Shown here in pieces: positions 30,200 to 45,200 of a stretch of DNA of 64,000 bases. Location of the stretch: positions 558,001 to 622,000 of the forward strand of contig OY986947.1 in NCBI GenBank assembly GCA_963920595.1, written 5' to 3'. Below the pieces are notes generated by a model. It saw only the letters and a program-made list of their open reading frames with translations. It made no database searches and was not told where the DNA came from. How positions within the stretch are numbered: the first letter of the stretch is position 1; the number at the start of each line of letters is the position of its first letter. A program made the position numbers and the translations under genes. Source of the DNA: Eimeria praecox. Its lineage: Eukaryota.

Positions 30200-33100
30200 T
30201 ACTCACTTCCTGTAGGTCAGGAGGCGGCATGAGTGTTCAGGGTTTTAAGGCAGTAGAGTACTCTCTCGAACACCTTTGAATATCGCAGCCGCATGAGCGC
30301 CAACGTCACGCGGCGTGCAAGGCAGCTTCAAGGGACAGGAATGCGAGCAAATCAAGGTCAGGCGAGTCAACGAAAATTTCTAGTGGGTTAAATTTGTGCC
30401 GTCGCAGCCTCTACTGCGCAAGCAACTGCGCAAGGCTGTGGTTTGTACATGGGGAGTTCGGCAAGGTCACCGGGAATGCAGCAATACAATGGCTCTTACA
30501 TAAATGTGCGTCATTGCCATTGCGCCTCAAATGCCACAGCTCCAGTCTACCGTTAGGTCGTGCCAGCTGGTGTGTAGGTTGCCGATAGGAGATCCGTCAT
30601 AATGCACGGAAGGCATAGAAGGCCTGCGCCTAGCCAAAGCTCCTGATAAAGGCAGTGTTAGGCATTCCGTACATCGAGTATACAGTAGAAGCAGCCAGAC
30701 ACACAACGCATTTGTCCACCAACCTAGCTCTCTTTGGGTATTACTTGTGCTTTTCATCACGCGAGGCGTAGCAGATAAACAGTTCCCCAGAGCAATAAGA
30801 TGCTGTCGCTAGCGCCTGCCGCCTCTGAAGAATGCTTTCCATGCATGGCCACGTCAGTTTACATGCAAGGCATGACTATGCTGCAATGGCGTTCAGCGCA
30901 TAACAAAATTCTTAACTTCGCCGGAAGCTAGCAGCGTGAGGAATAGAACAACAGATATTGCTTCGGGAGCAACGCAGGATCCCTAGAGTTCCATATCCAT
31001 GTGGCCGTCCTGTTCAAGCACCAAACAGCTGTGCACTCACCGCGTCGCCAACAAAAAATGGATGTGCACTGAATGTGTATGGTAATTCTTTCTACTGGGA
31101 CGAATTCAGCAATATCTGGTTGGTCGGAGTCCTAACGTAGTAACGCACGTCTAATCAAGGGGACCCGCCACTTTCCTTCGCCACGCAGTCTGTACACATG
31201 CACAAGAGTTGACTTCTTTTGATGCAGCAACGGCAGCGCAGCCCCGCCTCTTGCATGCATTGGATCAACCATCCTTTGCGCATGGTAGGCAGCAGGGCAT
31301 GGAACGGCTACTAATGCAACGGAGCACTATCCAACCATACCAAAGTAGCTTGCCACTGACTTGACTAATACTGATGAGCACGCACAAAGGTCAACTCGGA
31401 AGACGAAGACAGTTTCTTCAGGAGCAGTTCGTGGATTTCAGCGGCAAGGGCACGCTGCAAGGCAGCAAGCTCAGGGATGCCCGCTCAGCTTTCCACTGCC
31501 GGCAACAGTGCGCAAGCCGATTACAATAGCTCCGCCTAGCTAAGCATTATGTGAGAAACGGTATACATATCGTTAGTGTCGAAAATACAGTATGCACAGC
31601 TGGTTGCATGGCAACAACTCGTCTTCAACGGGCCTCGCTAGACATGGTTATCCACCTACTTTCTGTAGCTCAGATGGCGCAACGAACTTCTTGTAGGAAA
31701 CTGCGACGTTACCGCTAATAACGCTGGATATTCCGCCTGCACGCGCGTACGTCTTCATTCTCCAAGCATTACTGTTCAAGTACTACTGTTGAATTAGTTT
31801 GTCCAAGCAAGAGTAAAGACGCAAAATCCTCCGTTTCACATCCAGGCTGCCATCCTATCCGAGCATTAAACAGGTCTACGTTCAGCGCATCTGCTGGCAA
31901 ACAAACTTGTGCACTGAATTTGCATGCTAGTACCTACCACAAAGACGGGCCCAACGGTGATAGTGCATCCCAGTGCATCATCATCTGAGCCATCTGCTGA
32001 GCGCCGTAGCCAACGAAGCAGGTGAAACGGCCCCGCCTTCCACCCCGGGTGTACAATTCTCGAGCGTGCCATGAAAAGCACCATGGCAAGGCACTGTTGC
32101 AACTGCAACGCCGCTATTGTCACTACATCAATGCAGCAAGCCTTGCGGGAACTATGAAACGAAGTGAATCTCACAAGATACGGTTACCATGGGAATCGGC
32201 GTTGAGGCTAAGCGAACAACGATACTACGCTCAGCAGGAACCCTGATACGTTTTAATCTACTCATACCAGAGTTCATTGTAGTAGGATAGAAGTTTCGCA
32301 AAAGGCGGGAACGTCGCTCGAGCAGCTTTTATCCAAAGTCTGCCTTGCGTGAATACAGCTACAGAAAAACCCTAGGCGCTATGGCCAGCAGCAGTATGCA
32401 GTCTAGATCGAGAGCATGAGCAGAGTTTAAACGCTGTGAGCGATGCTACGGCAAGTCTTATGCACTGTGGGGCATGGCACCAGACGATCGATCAACTCGA
32501 TGCCAGCAGGTTGGCACTAGCTGGTATGCAGCTCCATTAAGGCTGGAAGAGAGACGAAGAAGAAGCATGCTCACGCATCCACAGAGGACGCGTGAGCATG
32601 AGTTTTCAGACTGGCCCTATTGAGCAACCTTCGTCAAAAACAATGTGGTTCTTCATGCCACTGCTTGCTACGATGACTTCGACGCAGACCACATATACTG
32701 GGAATTTTAAGCATTCATACCCGCGACAATCTTTGTAGCATGGCTTTCCGACGCGCATTACACTCAAAGAAAGGGAGCAATGCGGCAAACCGCAAGCTTG
32801 AAGGTGAATTGGAGCGCAAACCGTCAAACGGCCTCGGAGTACTGACGCCAGCCCCGCAACAGCACACAGCTGGTGAACACAGGCACGCCGGGCGAGTAGG
32901 ACTACTGCAGACGAAACATATCTGGCTTGTGGGCGAAAGAAGGGCATTTAGCACTGGCAACCACGTTAGCAGCCAGATAATTGGCAGGTAGCTATCAAGC
33001 ACGACACTTGCTTTCCTGCCCTGCACGAGCATCGCATCCCCAAAGCAGCCATAAAACCAAGCATTCGCATATCTAAAGCTGCTTTTGGCCTCCAGTAGTG

Positions 33101-33219
33101 TTTCCCTCTACTGCTCTTCCACGCACGTCTTCACGCAACCTTGTTCCGCGCAGCGGGCAAACAAGATCACAATCCCAAAAAGCCTTCGGCACCACAGCAT
33201 CCTACAGAACAGCTCGACG

Positions 33220-36200
33220 TCGCTCTCTTCTCCCTCTGCCTATAGCATGAAGCAACTGCAGAACCAAGCTTTGTCACAGCAGCATACACACCCGCAATGC
33301 ACAGCAGTCTCATATTCACAGATAATCCTCTAAAACGCACAGTAATCTCATTTTCACCGCACAAGCACACCCCGCAATGGACTATGGGGTACTCGACCAG
33401 TTCAGCCTGTGCATCTTCTTACGGCCTGCACCGTCCTCAATGCCACAACCTAGCCATATGAGAATGAAGCAACTGCACCATAGTCACCCCATGGCAACAC
33501 CACACATCTCCAGGAATACAATCACAAGCTCGAAACAGCATGTACTCCTCTTCAACCTCAATGCAGAAACGAAGATCACCACCGTTATGGTGAACTACAC
33601 AGTCTTCATTGCAGGTGGGCCATGCTTGCTTGGGCCTCGCTGCCCGTGGAAAGCAAACCGCAAAAGCTGGAAGCATAGTTATGGCTTCTGATACTGAGAG
33701 ATGCACGCCACTACACCCCAATACACCCACACTGTCAACTGATAAGCTACTCGCCATGATACGTCTAGGAGTGCACAATTCAATGGCCTTTAACTGCAAG
33801 CCGCAACAAATAACCGCTGAGCAACTCTCTCCTGCTCTACTAGCCGATGCTACTCTTGAGGATATGCCCCAAGTTGTAGCCATCTCAGACTCGCATGTTA
33901 GCAAATGCCTCACAAAGAATGGCACGCGGGGCACAAAGACAGACCATTAGAATGCTGGTTCAGCAGAGCCAAAGACTGGTGTAGGTTGCTGTTCTGTCTG
34001 GACGAGCCAACAAAACATAGGGTGCTTGCTGGTACAAAGGCAGTGCATTCGCCGTGTTCCGCGACTGGAACGCCGCAGCTACGAGCACCGCACCTCATGG
34101 TACAGGATCTCGAACATCCAAGTGGCACGCCGCCTTGACACCTACCGTCCACCAGGGTGTTTAACACCTTCCTTCACCAAGGGTGTTATTCACTTCATTG
34201 GCACGCCGGGTACCTTTTGGGCACGGTAAATGCACCGGGTTACGCTTGCATGCTGTTGGGAAGTGGCGCACGCTCTGAATCATCGCAGCAGCTGCTGCCG
34301 AAAAGCAGCTACATGGTATTCAACGCTGCCGGCACCGCCGGCTAACACCGAGAATCTGCTGTACGGTGTTCTACCAACGTCACTTTGTCAACTAAGCTGT
34401 CGCAACAGTGAGTAGCAGTTAGCACATGCGCATGCGCTAAGTAATGGTAAGTTCACCCAAATATTGTGCTTTCGCCAGTGCGCCCTGCGGCAACCGGCTG
34501 AGAAGGGATAACGCCAACTCTGCCGCTTCTCTCGTAGAACTCCGGTATTGAACGCTTTGCAAAACACATGCCCTGCCGTATTCGCGGAAGCATACACCCG
34601 TCGCGACTTGTGGTGTGGCCGCCACAGCTGGCCTTCAACCCCATAGCAACTGGTAGACAAAATAGGCATCAATGCTCTGGCTAGCCAACGAATGCTGCTG
34701 CGTTTGCGTGGAAGCACAACGTACTGTCTGGAAGCAGGTTAACCTCATGCCACCTAGCGCATGTCGGCCACCTGTCGAGTGTAACCTGTACATGCAAGAG
34801 GCGCAGAGAAGTCTTACGCGAGCACTGGCCGCCTGCGCCATTTAAGGGCGTGTAACGTATTACCCCCAAGAAAGGTCAGTAGGCAAAAACCAGCAAAAGC
34901 ATACAAGGCCGAATTGGACTCGGATACCCAGATTTCAGAGGCGCGTGCGCAATAATAACAAGCAACCGCCCGCTTCTCCCTGGCACACACAAGCATCAAC
35001 AACCTCATTAACGCATATCTTCGCATGCTGGCTGTTGCGCGCAGCATATGAGGGCTTCCCATCCCTGTTTAGCGCCACTTTACGCTTCCGTAACTAGCGT
35101 CCGACACCAGCGAAATGCTTCTCGCGTTCCTGTCGAAGACAATTACAGGAAAGCTCTGCAGTCTGAATATTCTGCTCAAACCCCACTTCGCAACAAAACA
35201 CCGAAGCCATATACTCCCCTCTCAGACTGTGCAAATCGCGCTTGCGTATGGCACCTACTATCGCACGCCGCTCAGGCTTGGGCTCGGGCTATCTCTACTA
35301 CTAGCAGAGGCCGCACTGTGCACGTAAAGTTGCACTTTGGCCTCTCCCTTCTCATCCTGGAGCGTCTCATACTGCTAGCAGCATAACTAATACGAAATCG
35401 AATAAAGCTAACACGGCACGAAACAGTCTCCCCCGTCTCGCACTCCGCCTTACACCTCGCATTCAACGCTAGTCAGCAGGCACACACGACTCTACTGCTC
35501 CGGTTACCAAACAAACAATACCATGCTTGCTTCCTATGGTGATTGTATTTAAGCATTCTGGTGTCTTACCTCCTGCGCACACGAGGGAAGTTGCAAAGAC
35601 ATCTTGCCCGTGGTTGGCGCATCCATACGCCAACCAAGATCCGTATCAAGCCAGCACTCAAACTGCAGGCAAAAGACCCAAATATAGTCAACCCACTCAT
35701 TCCGGCGCCATGTTGCGAAAACAAGTGGTAGTCCCATGTGGACAAGAACAATAACGCTTGGCGTGCTGCAGGCGGAAACGCCAAAGAACGAGCAGTTCAA
35801 AAGCATCAACGTTGCCTCTCAAAAGGATAAGCTGCTGCTAGGGCATCAAGTCTTTCACTTCCAAGGCGCATGCTGACAAAATGCCAAGCGACCGCGTAAG
35901 TGGAAGTGCTTGCGAGGCTGTGGTGCGTTCACAACGGACAAAGCAAAACAAAAAGGTGTACGCCCAACTGAACGTGACAACAGCCTGTGGCTGTTGCGTG
36001 GAATCGACGCTGAGCAGCAGTTTGATGGAAGTCTAAGCACAGCTGCAGAGCAAAGCTGATCTAGTAGAGATGGTCGATTCTATCGACGAATGACTAATAG
36101 GGATGAGCGATCCCACTCTCCAGTTTCTGTCAATGCTCCATTATTCCGACTTGTCGCGCACTTTCTGAAGCACGGAGTGAACGGCGTGATACAAGCCGCA

Positions 36201-39200
36201 ATGCGCCCTGATCATGCGTTGGTTATCTTTGAGCTGAACGTAATGCTAGTTGATCCTGGGCGCCAGCCGTCTGCTGTCACGTTGTTTCACAAAGTAGCCA
36301 ACACCATCGATGATCCGAACCAGCTTGTGTGGAGGGCGTTAGCGTGCCCATACAGACATCCCCACATGCCAAACCCTAATGCTTTACCTTTTGCGCATAG
36401 TTCCATACTGTGGCACAAGAGCTCAGCGACGAACCTCTCAGTGCACTAGCAATCCTTCTGCAGGTGCAGGACAGGCGGAGAGTCTAGCCTTGGTCACACC
36501 GCAGTCGTCCGTTGTCACAGCCTCGGCGATGCAATCGCGCAAACTACAGCACGGCTCAAATTCATAAAGTCAACAAGTGGCACAAGCCGTCACAGACCAG
36601 AATGACTTTCAAGTAAACAGTTGCATATGCGTTTAGAAACAGTTGAATATGCAGTTTCAAACTCATTCGCAACAGAACCTATGAAGTTCCTGGGAGGCTA
36701 CATCCAACACGCGTTGACACTGTAGCGCATTTACGCGGGCATTGCTCACAATCTAGTGCAAACCGCATTCAGCGTCGCGTCGAACAGGAATGAAGATGCT
36801 CGCAGCTGTAATATTGCGGAAAACGTTTCTCAGCTGCATGCAACCGAGACACTCCGTCATACCGTTATCTGCACCTCTTTTCATCCATGCTCACATTTGC
36901 AGCACAGCACGTCAAACCACACAAGCTGCTCTGCCCACGCGGCTAAGGGTGCTGACGCCTTCTGCCGCCAACAAGCATGTGATTTTCTTGCTGCAGCTGC
37001 CGTGTGACTGGGCCGCGATCCTGACGCACCCGCTGTGGCAACAGAGAGTTTGTGAAGTAAACAGCTTGGCGTGTGTGGAGGGCTGCTGCGCACTTCCCAC
37101 TGAGATGTAGCTTGAACCAATTTAAACCCCATCTTCGTCCACGTTTGTAGTGCGGCTGATCACACAAAGCCAACTCCACTATACTCCTAACACCACACAG
37201 GTCCACAGAACAGCCCCACATCGCTCTCTTCTCCCTCTGCCTATAGCATGAAGCAACTGCAGAACCAAGCTTTGTCACAGCAGCATACACACCCGCAATG
37301 CACAGCAGTCTCATATTCACAGATAATCCTCTAAAACGCACAGTAATCTCATTTTCACCGCACAAGCACACCCCGCAATGGACTATGGGGTACTCGACCA
37401 GTTCAGCCTGTGCATCTTCTTACGGCCTGCACCGTCCTCAATGCCACAACCTAGCCATATGAGAATGAAGCAACTGCACTATAGTCACCCCATGGCAACA
37501 CCACACATCTCCAGGAATACAATCACAAGCTCGAAACAGCATGTACTCCTCTTCAACCTCAATGCAGAAACGAAGATCACCACCGTTATGGTGAACTACA
37601 CAGTCTTCATTGCAGGTGGGCCATGCTTGCTTGGGCCTTGCTGCCCGTGGAAAGCAAACCGCAAAAGCTGGAAGCATAGTTATGGCTTCTGATACTGAGA
37701 GATGCACGCCACTACACCCCAATACACCCACACTGTCAACTGATAAGCTACTCGCCATGATACGTCTAGGAGTGCACAATTCAATGGCCTTTAACTGCAA
37801 GCCGCAACAAATAACCGCTGAGCAACTCTCTCCTGCTCTACTAGCCGATGCTACTCTTGAGGATATGCCCCAAGTTGTAGCCATCTCAGACTCGCATGTT
37901 AGCAAATGCCTCACAAAGAATGGCACGCGGGGCACAAAGACAGACCATTAGAATGCTGGTTCAGCAGAGCCAAAGACTGGTGTAGGTTGCTGTTCTGTCT
38001 GGACGAGCCAACAAAACATAGGGTGCTTGCTGGTACAAAGGCAGTGCATTCGCCGTGTTCCGCGACTGGAACGCCGCAGCTACGAGCACCGCACCTCATG
38101 GTACAGGATCTCGAACATCCAAGTGGCACGCCGCCTTGACACCTACCGTCCACCAGGATGTTGAACACCTTCCTTCACCAAGGGTGTTATTCACTTCATT
38201 GGCACGCCGGGTACCTTTTGGGCACGGTAAATGCACCGGGTTACGCTTGCATGCTGTTGGGAAGTGGCGCACGCTCTGAATCATCGCAGCAGCTGCTGCC
38301 GAAAAGCAGCTACATGGTATTCAACGCTGCCGGCACCGCCGGCTAACACCGAGGGTCTGCTGTACGGTGTTCTACCAACGTCACTTTGTCAACTAAGCTG
38401 TCGCAACAGTGAGTAGCAGTTAGCACATGCGCATGCGCTAAGTAATGGTAAGTTCACCCAAATATTGTGCTTTCGCCAGTGCGCCCTGCGGCAACCGGCT
38501 GAGACAGGACAGCGCCAACTCCCCCCTCTTTCGTGCAAGCCAAGTATTGAGCTTGTGCACTTCCCATCCCTGAAGGCGCCGCGCAGGCGTACTAGGTTCG
38601 CGACGTTTGGCCGTCACAGCTGGCCGTTCAAGGCGCAGCACGTAATGGATGCACAGCATGTCAGTGCCCTGGCTAGCCAACGGATGCTGCCGTTCACGTT
38701 TGAAGCCCCAACGCACCAACTGGCCCAGTTCTCGCCGTGTTTCACCTAGTGCAGATATGTCGGCCAAGGAGTGCAAGCTGCCAGTGCGAGAGGTGGAAGG
38801 AAGTATTTCTCGAGCGTTCCCCCCACTCCACGCAAATGCATCGAACGTATTGCCTACAAAATAACCAATAGCCAAACGCTTGAGCAACAGTAAGAAGGGG
38901 CAGGGCTGAATTGCCGTTGTCTCGCAAGGCTTCAGAGGTTCGTGCGCAGCAACGTACCAAGGAGACGAGCACTAGGCACTGGCATAGAAAGCCATCAGCA
39001 ACCGTAAAACCACACACCGGAGTAGGCTGACTCTTGTGCAGAGGATACCAAGGTCTCCAACTCTGCTTAGCAATCACCATACCTCCGTACCTATTCCCCA
39101 GTATGCGTTCTGCGGTTCGCCACGAACGTTGAAGGAGCAAGCCGTAAACCTACGAATTTGTGTAACATCCACCTCGCAAAAAAACATCGAAGCCACATAC

Positions 39201-42200
39201 ACCCCTCTCAGGCTGTGCAAATCGCGTTTGCATGTGGCACCTACTATCGCACGCCGCTCAGGCTTTGGCTCGGGCTATCTCTACTACTAGCAGAGGCCGC
39301 ACTGTGCACGTAAAGTTGCACTTTGGCCTCTCCCTTCTCATCCTGGAGCGTCTCATACTGCTAGCAGCATAACTAATACGAAATCGAATAAAGCTAACAC
39401 GGCACGAAACAGTCTCCCCCGTCTCGCACTCCGCCTTACACCTCGCATTCAACGCTAGTCAGCAGGCACACACGACTCTACTGCTCCGGTTACCAAACAA
39501 ACAATACCATGCTTGCTTCCTATGGTGATTGTATTTAAGCATTCTGGTGTCTTACCTCCTGCGCACACGAGGGAAGTTGCAAAGACATCTTGCCCGTGGT
39601 TGGCGCATCCATACGCCAACCAAGATCCGTATCAAGCCAGCACTCAAACTGCAGGCAAAAGACCCAAATATAGCCAACCCACTCATTCCGGCGCCATGTT
39701 GCGAAAACAAGTGGTAGTCCCATGTGGACAAGAACAATAACGCTTGGCGTGCTGCAGGCGGAAACGCCAAAGAACGAGCAGTTCAAAAGCATCAACGTTG
39801 CCTCTCAAAAGGATAAGCTGCTGCTAGGGCATCAAGTCTTTCACTTCCAAGGCGCATGCTGACAAAATGCCAAGCGACCGCGTAAGTGGAAGTGCTTGCG
39901 AGGCTGTGGTGCGTTCACAACGGACAAAGCAAAACAAAAAGGTGTACGCCCAACTGAACGTGACAACAGCCTGTGGCTGTTGCGTGGAATCGACGCTGAG
40001 CAGCAGTTTGATGGAAGTCTAAGCACAGCTGCAGAGCAAAGCTGATCTAGTAGAGATGGTCGATTCTATCGACGAATGACTAATAGGGATGAGCGATCCC
40101 ACTCTCCAGTTTCTGTCAATGCTCCATTATTCCGACTTGTCGCGCACTTTCTGAAGCACGGAGTGAACGGCGTGATACAAGCCGCAATGCGCCCTGATCA
40201 TGCGTTGGTTATCTTTGAGCTGAACGTAATGCTAGTTGATCCTGGGCGCCAGCCGTCTGCTGTCACGTTGTTTCACAAAGTAGCCAACACCATCGATGAT
40301 CCGAACCAGCTTGTGTGGAGGGCGTTAGCGTGCCCATACAGACATCCCCACATGCCAAACCCTAATGCTTTACCTTTTGCGCATAGTTCCATACTGTGGC
40401 ACAAGAGCTCAGCGACGAACCTCTCAGTGCACTAGCAATCCTTCTGCAGGTGCAGGACAGGCGGAGAGTCTAGCCTTGGTCACACCGCAGTCGTCCGTTG
40501 TCACAGCCTCGGCGATGCAATCGCGCAAACTACAGCACGGCTCAAATTCATAGTCAACAAGTGGCACAAGCCGTCACAGACCAGAATGACTTTCAAGTAA
40601 ACAGTTGCATATGCGTTTAGAAACAGTTGAATATGCAGTTTCAAACTCATTCGCAACAGAACCTATGAAGTTCCTGGGAGGCTACATCCAACACGCGTTG
40701 ACACTGTAGCGCATTTACGCGGGCATTGCTCACAATCTAGTGCAAACCGCATTCAGCGTCGCGTCGAACAGGAATGAAGATGCTCGCAGCTGTAATATTG
40801 CGGAAAACGTTTCTCAGCTGCATGCAACCGAGACACTCCGTCATACCGTTATCTGCACCTCTTTTCATCCATGCTCACATTTGCAGCACAGCACGTCAAA
40901 CCACACAAGCTGCTCTGCCCACGCGGCTAAGGGTGCTGACGCCTTCTGCCGCCAACAAGCATGTGATTTTCTTGCTGCAGCTGCCGTGTGACTGGGCCGC
41001 GATCCTGACGCACCCGCTGTGGCAACAGAGAGTTTGTGAAGTAAACAGCTTGGCGTGTGTGGAGGGCTGCTGCGCACTTCCCACTGAGATGTAGCTTGAA
41101 CCAATTTAAACCCCATCTTCGTCCACGTTTGTAGTGCGGCTGATCACACAAAGCCAACTCCACTATACTCCTAACACCACACAGGTCCACAGAACAGCCC
41201 CACATCGCTCTCTTCTCCCTCTGCCTATAGCATGAAGCAACTGCAGAACCAAGCTTTGTCACAGCAGCATACACACCCGCAATGCACAGCAGTCTCATAT
41301 TCACAGATAATCCTCTAAAACGCACAGTAATCTCATTTTCACCGCACAAGCACACCCCGCAATGGACTATGGGGTACTCGACCAGTTCAGCCTGTGCATC
41401 TTCTTACGGCCTGCACCGTCCTCAATGCCACAACCTAGCCATATGAGAATGAAGCAACTGCACTATAGTCACCCCATGGCAACACCACACATCTCCAGGA
41501 ATACAATCACAAGCTCGAAACAGCATGTACTCCTCTTCAACCTCAATGCAGAAACGAAGATCACCACCGTTATGGTGAACTACACAGTCTTCATTGCAGG
41601 TGGGCCATGCTTGCTTGGGCCTCGCTGCCCGTGGAAAGCAAACCGCAAAAGCTGGAAGCATAGTTATGGCTTCTGATACTGAGAGATGCACGCCACTACA
41701 CCCCAATACACCCACACTGTCAACTGATAAGCTACTCGCCATGATACGTCTAGGAGTGCACAATTCAATGGCCTTTAACTGCAAGCCGCAACAAATAACC
41801 GCTGAGCAACTCTCTCCTGCTCTACTAGCCGATGCTACTCTTGAGGATATGCCCCAAGTTGTAGCCATCTCAGACTCGCATGTTAGCAAATGCCTCACAA
41901 AGAATGGCACGCGGGGCACAAAGACAGACCATTAGAATGCTGGTTCAGCAGAGCCAAAGACTGGTGTAGGTTGCTGTTCTGTCTGGACGAGCCAACAAAA
42001 CATAGGGTGCTTGCTGGTACAAAGGCAGTGCATTCGCCGTGTTCCGCGACTGGAACGCCGCAGCTACGAGCACCGCACCTCATGGTACAGGATCTCGAAC
42101 ATCCAAGTGGCACGCCGCCTTGACACCTACCGTCCACCAGGATGTTGAACACCTTCCTTCACCAAGGGTGTTATTCACTTCATTGGCACGCCGGGTACCT

Positions 42201-45200
42201 TTTGGGCACGGTAAATGCACCGGGTTACGCTTGCATGCTGTTGGGAAGTGGCGCACGCTCTGAATCATCGCAGCAGCTGCTGCCGAAAAGCAGCTACATG
42301 GTATTCAACGCTGCCGGCACCGCCGGCTAACACGGAGAGTCTGCTGTACGGTGTTCTACCAACGTCACTTTGTCAACTAAGCTGTCGCAACAGTGAGTAG
42401 CAGTTAGCACATGCGCATGCGCTAAGTAATGGTAAGTTCACCCAAATATTGTGCTCGCGCCAGTGCGCCCTGCGGCAACCGGCTGAGAAGGGATAACGCC
42501 AACTCTGCCGCTTATCTCGTAGAACTCCGGTATTGAACGCTTTGCAAAACGCATGCCCTGCCGTATTCGCGGAAGCATACACCCGTCACGACTTGTGGTG
42601 TGGCCGCCACAGCTGGCCTTCAACGCCGTAGCAACTGGTAGACAAACTGGGCATCAATGCTCTGGCTAGCCAACGAATGCTGCTGTGTTTGCGTGGAATC
42701 ACAGCGTACTGTCTGGAAGCAGGTTAACCTCATGCCACCTAGCGCATGTCGGCCACTTGTCGAGTGTAACCTGTACATGCAAGAGGCGCAGAGAAGTCTT
42801 ACGCGAGCACTGGCCGCCTGCGCCATTTAAGGGCATGTAACGTATTACCCCCAAGAAAGGTCAGTAGGCAAAAACCAGCAAAAGCATACAAGGCCGAATT
42901 GGACTCGGATACCCAGATTTCAGAGGCGCGTGCGCAATAATAACAAGCAACCGCCCGCTTCTCCCTGGCACACACAAACATCAACAACCTCATTAACGCA
43001 TATCTTCGCATGCTGGCTGTTGCGCGCAGCATATGAGGGCTCCCCATCCCTGCTTAGCGCCACTTTACGCTTCCGTAACTAGCGTCCGACACCAGCGAAA
43101 TGCTTGTCGCGTTCCTGTCGAAGACAATTACAGGAAAGCTCTGCAGTCTGAATATTCTGCTCAAACCCCACTTCGCAACAAAACACCGAAGCCATATACT
43201 CCCCTCTCAGACTGTGCAAATCGCGCTTGCGTATGGCACCTACTATCGCACGCCGCTCAGGCTTGGGCTCGGGCTATCTCTACTACTAGCAGAGGCCGCA
43301 CTGTGCACGTAAAGTTGCACTTTGGCCTCTCCCTTCTCATCCTGGAGCGTCTCATACTGCTAGCAGCATAACTAATACGAAATCGAATAAAGCTAACACG
43401 GCACGAAACGATCTCCCCCGTCTCGCACTCCGCCTTACACCTCGCATTCAACGCTAGTCAGCAGGCACACACGACTCTACTGCTCCGGTTACCAAACAAA
43501 CAATACCATGCTTGCTTCCTATGGTGATTGTATTTAAGCATTCTGGTGTCTTACCTCCTGCGCACACGAGGGAAGTTGCAAAGACATCTTGCCCGTGGTT
43601 GGCGCATCCATACGCCAACCAAGATCCGTATCAAGCCAGCACTCAAACTGCAGGCAAAAGACCCAAATATAGCCAACCCACTCATTCCGGCGCCATGTTG
43701 CGAAAACAAGTGGTAGTCCCATGTGGACAAGAACAATAACGCTTGGCGTGCTGCAGGCGGAAACGCCAAAGAACGAGCAGTTCAAAAGCATCAACGTTGC
43801 CTCTCAAAAGGATAAGCTGCTGCTAGGGCATCAAGTCTTTCACTTCCAAGGCGCATGCTGACAAAATGCCAAGCGACCGCGTAAGTGGAAGTGCTTGCGA
43901 GGCTGTGGTGCGTTCACAACGGACAAAGCAAAACAAAAAGGTGTACGCCCAACTGAACGTGACAACAGCCTGTGGCTGTTGCGTGGAATCGACGCTGAGC
44001 AGCAGTTTGATGGAAGTCTAAGCACAGCTGCAGAGCAAAGCTGATCTAGTAGAGATGGTCGATTCTATCGACGAATGACTAATAGGGATGAGCGATCCCA
44101 CTCTCCAGTTTCTGTCAATGCTCCATTATTCCGACTTGTCGCGCACTTTCTGAAGCACGGAGTGAACGGCGTGATACAAGCCGCAATGCGCCCTGATCAT
44201 GCGTTGGTTATCTTTGAGCTGAACGTAATGCTAGTTGATCCTGGGCGCCAGCCGTCTGCTGTCACGTTGTTTCACAAAGTAGCCAACACCATCGATGATC
44301 CGAACCAGCTTGTGTGGAGGGCGTTAGCGTGCCCATACAGACATCCCCACATGCCAAACCCTAATGCTTTACCTTTTGCGCATAGTTCCATACTGTGGCA
44401 CAAGAGCTCAGCGACGAACCTCTCAGTGCACTAGCAATCCTTCTGCAGGTGCAGGACAGGCGGAGAGTCTAGCCTTGGTCACACCGCAGTCGTCCGTTGT
44501 CACAGCCTCGGCGATGCAATCGCGCAAACTACAGCACGGCTCAAATTCATAGTCAACAAGTGGCACAAGCCGTCACAGACCAGAATGACTTTCAAGTAAA
44601 CAGTTGCATATGCGTTTAGAAACAGTTGAATATGCAGTTTCAAACTCATTCGCAACAGAACCTATGAAGTTCCTGGGAGGCTACATCCAACACGCGTTGA
44701 CACTGTAGCGCATTTACGCGGGCATTGCTCACAATCTAGTGCAAACCGCATTCAGCGTCGCGTCGAACAGGAATGAAGATGCTCGCAGCTGTAATATTGC
44801 GGAAAACGTTTCTCAGCTGCATGCAACCGAGACACTCCGTCATACCGTTATCTGCACCTCTTTTCATCCATGCTCACATTTGCAGCACAGCACGTCAAAC
44901 CACACAAGCTGCTCTGCCCACGCGGCTAAGGGTGCTGACGCCTTCTGCCGCCAACAAGCATGTGATTTTCTTGCTGCAGCTGCCGTGTGACTGGGCCGCG
45001 ATCCTGACGCACCCGCTGTGGCAACAGAGAGTTTGTGAAGTAAACAGCTTGGCGTGTGTGGAGGGCTGCTGCGCACTTCCCACTGAGATGTAGCTTGAAC
45101 CAATTTAAACCCCATCTTCGTCCACGTCTGTAGTGCGGCTGACCACACAAAGCCAACTCCACTATACTCCTAACACCACACAGGTCCACAGAACAGCCCC

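Noticed and set aside
31560..31586. Short inverted similarity to unit A position ~1462-1487 (CGTTAGTGT..CGAAA)
   Set aside because: Too short and gapped to distinguish from chance.
33550..33590. GGDLRFCIE as the reverse-transcriptase G.LR.C.DY motif
   Set aside because: No DYR.LN or YxDD context; the surrounding TCNED..GGDL..C...PG pattern fits an Apple domain start better.
34310..34335. Plus-strand WYSTLP matching a remembered TgMIC4 peptide
   Set aside because: It is on the opposite strand to all other Apple evidence and has no flanking similarity; treated as chance.
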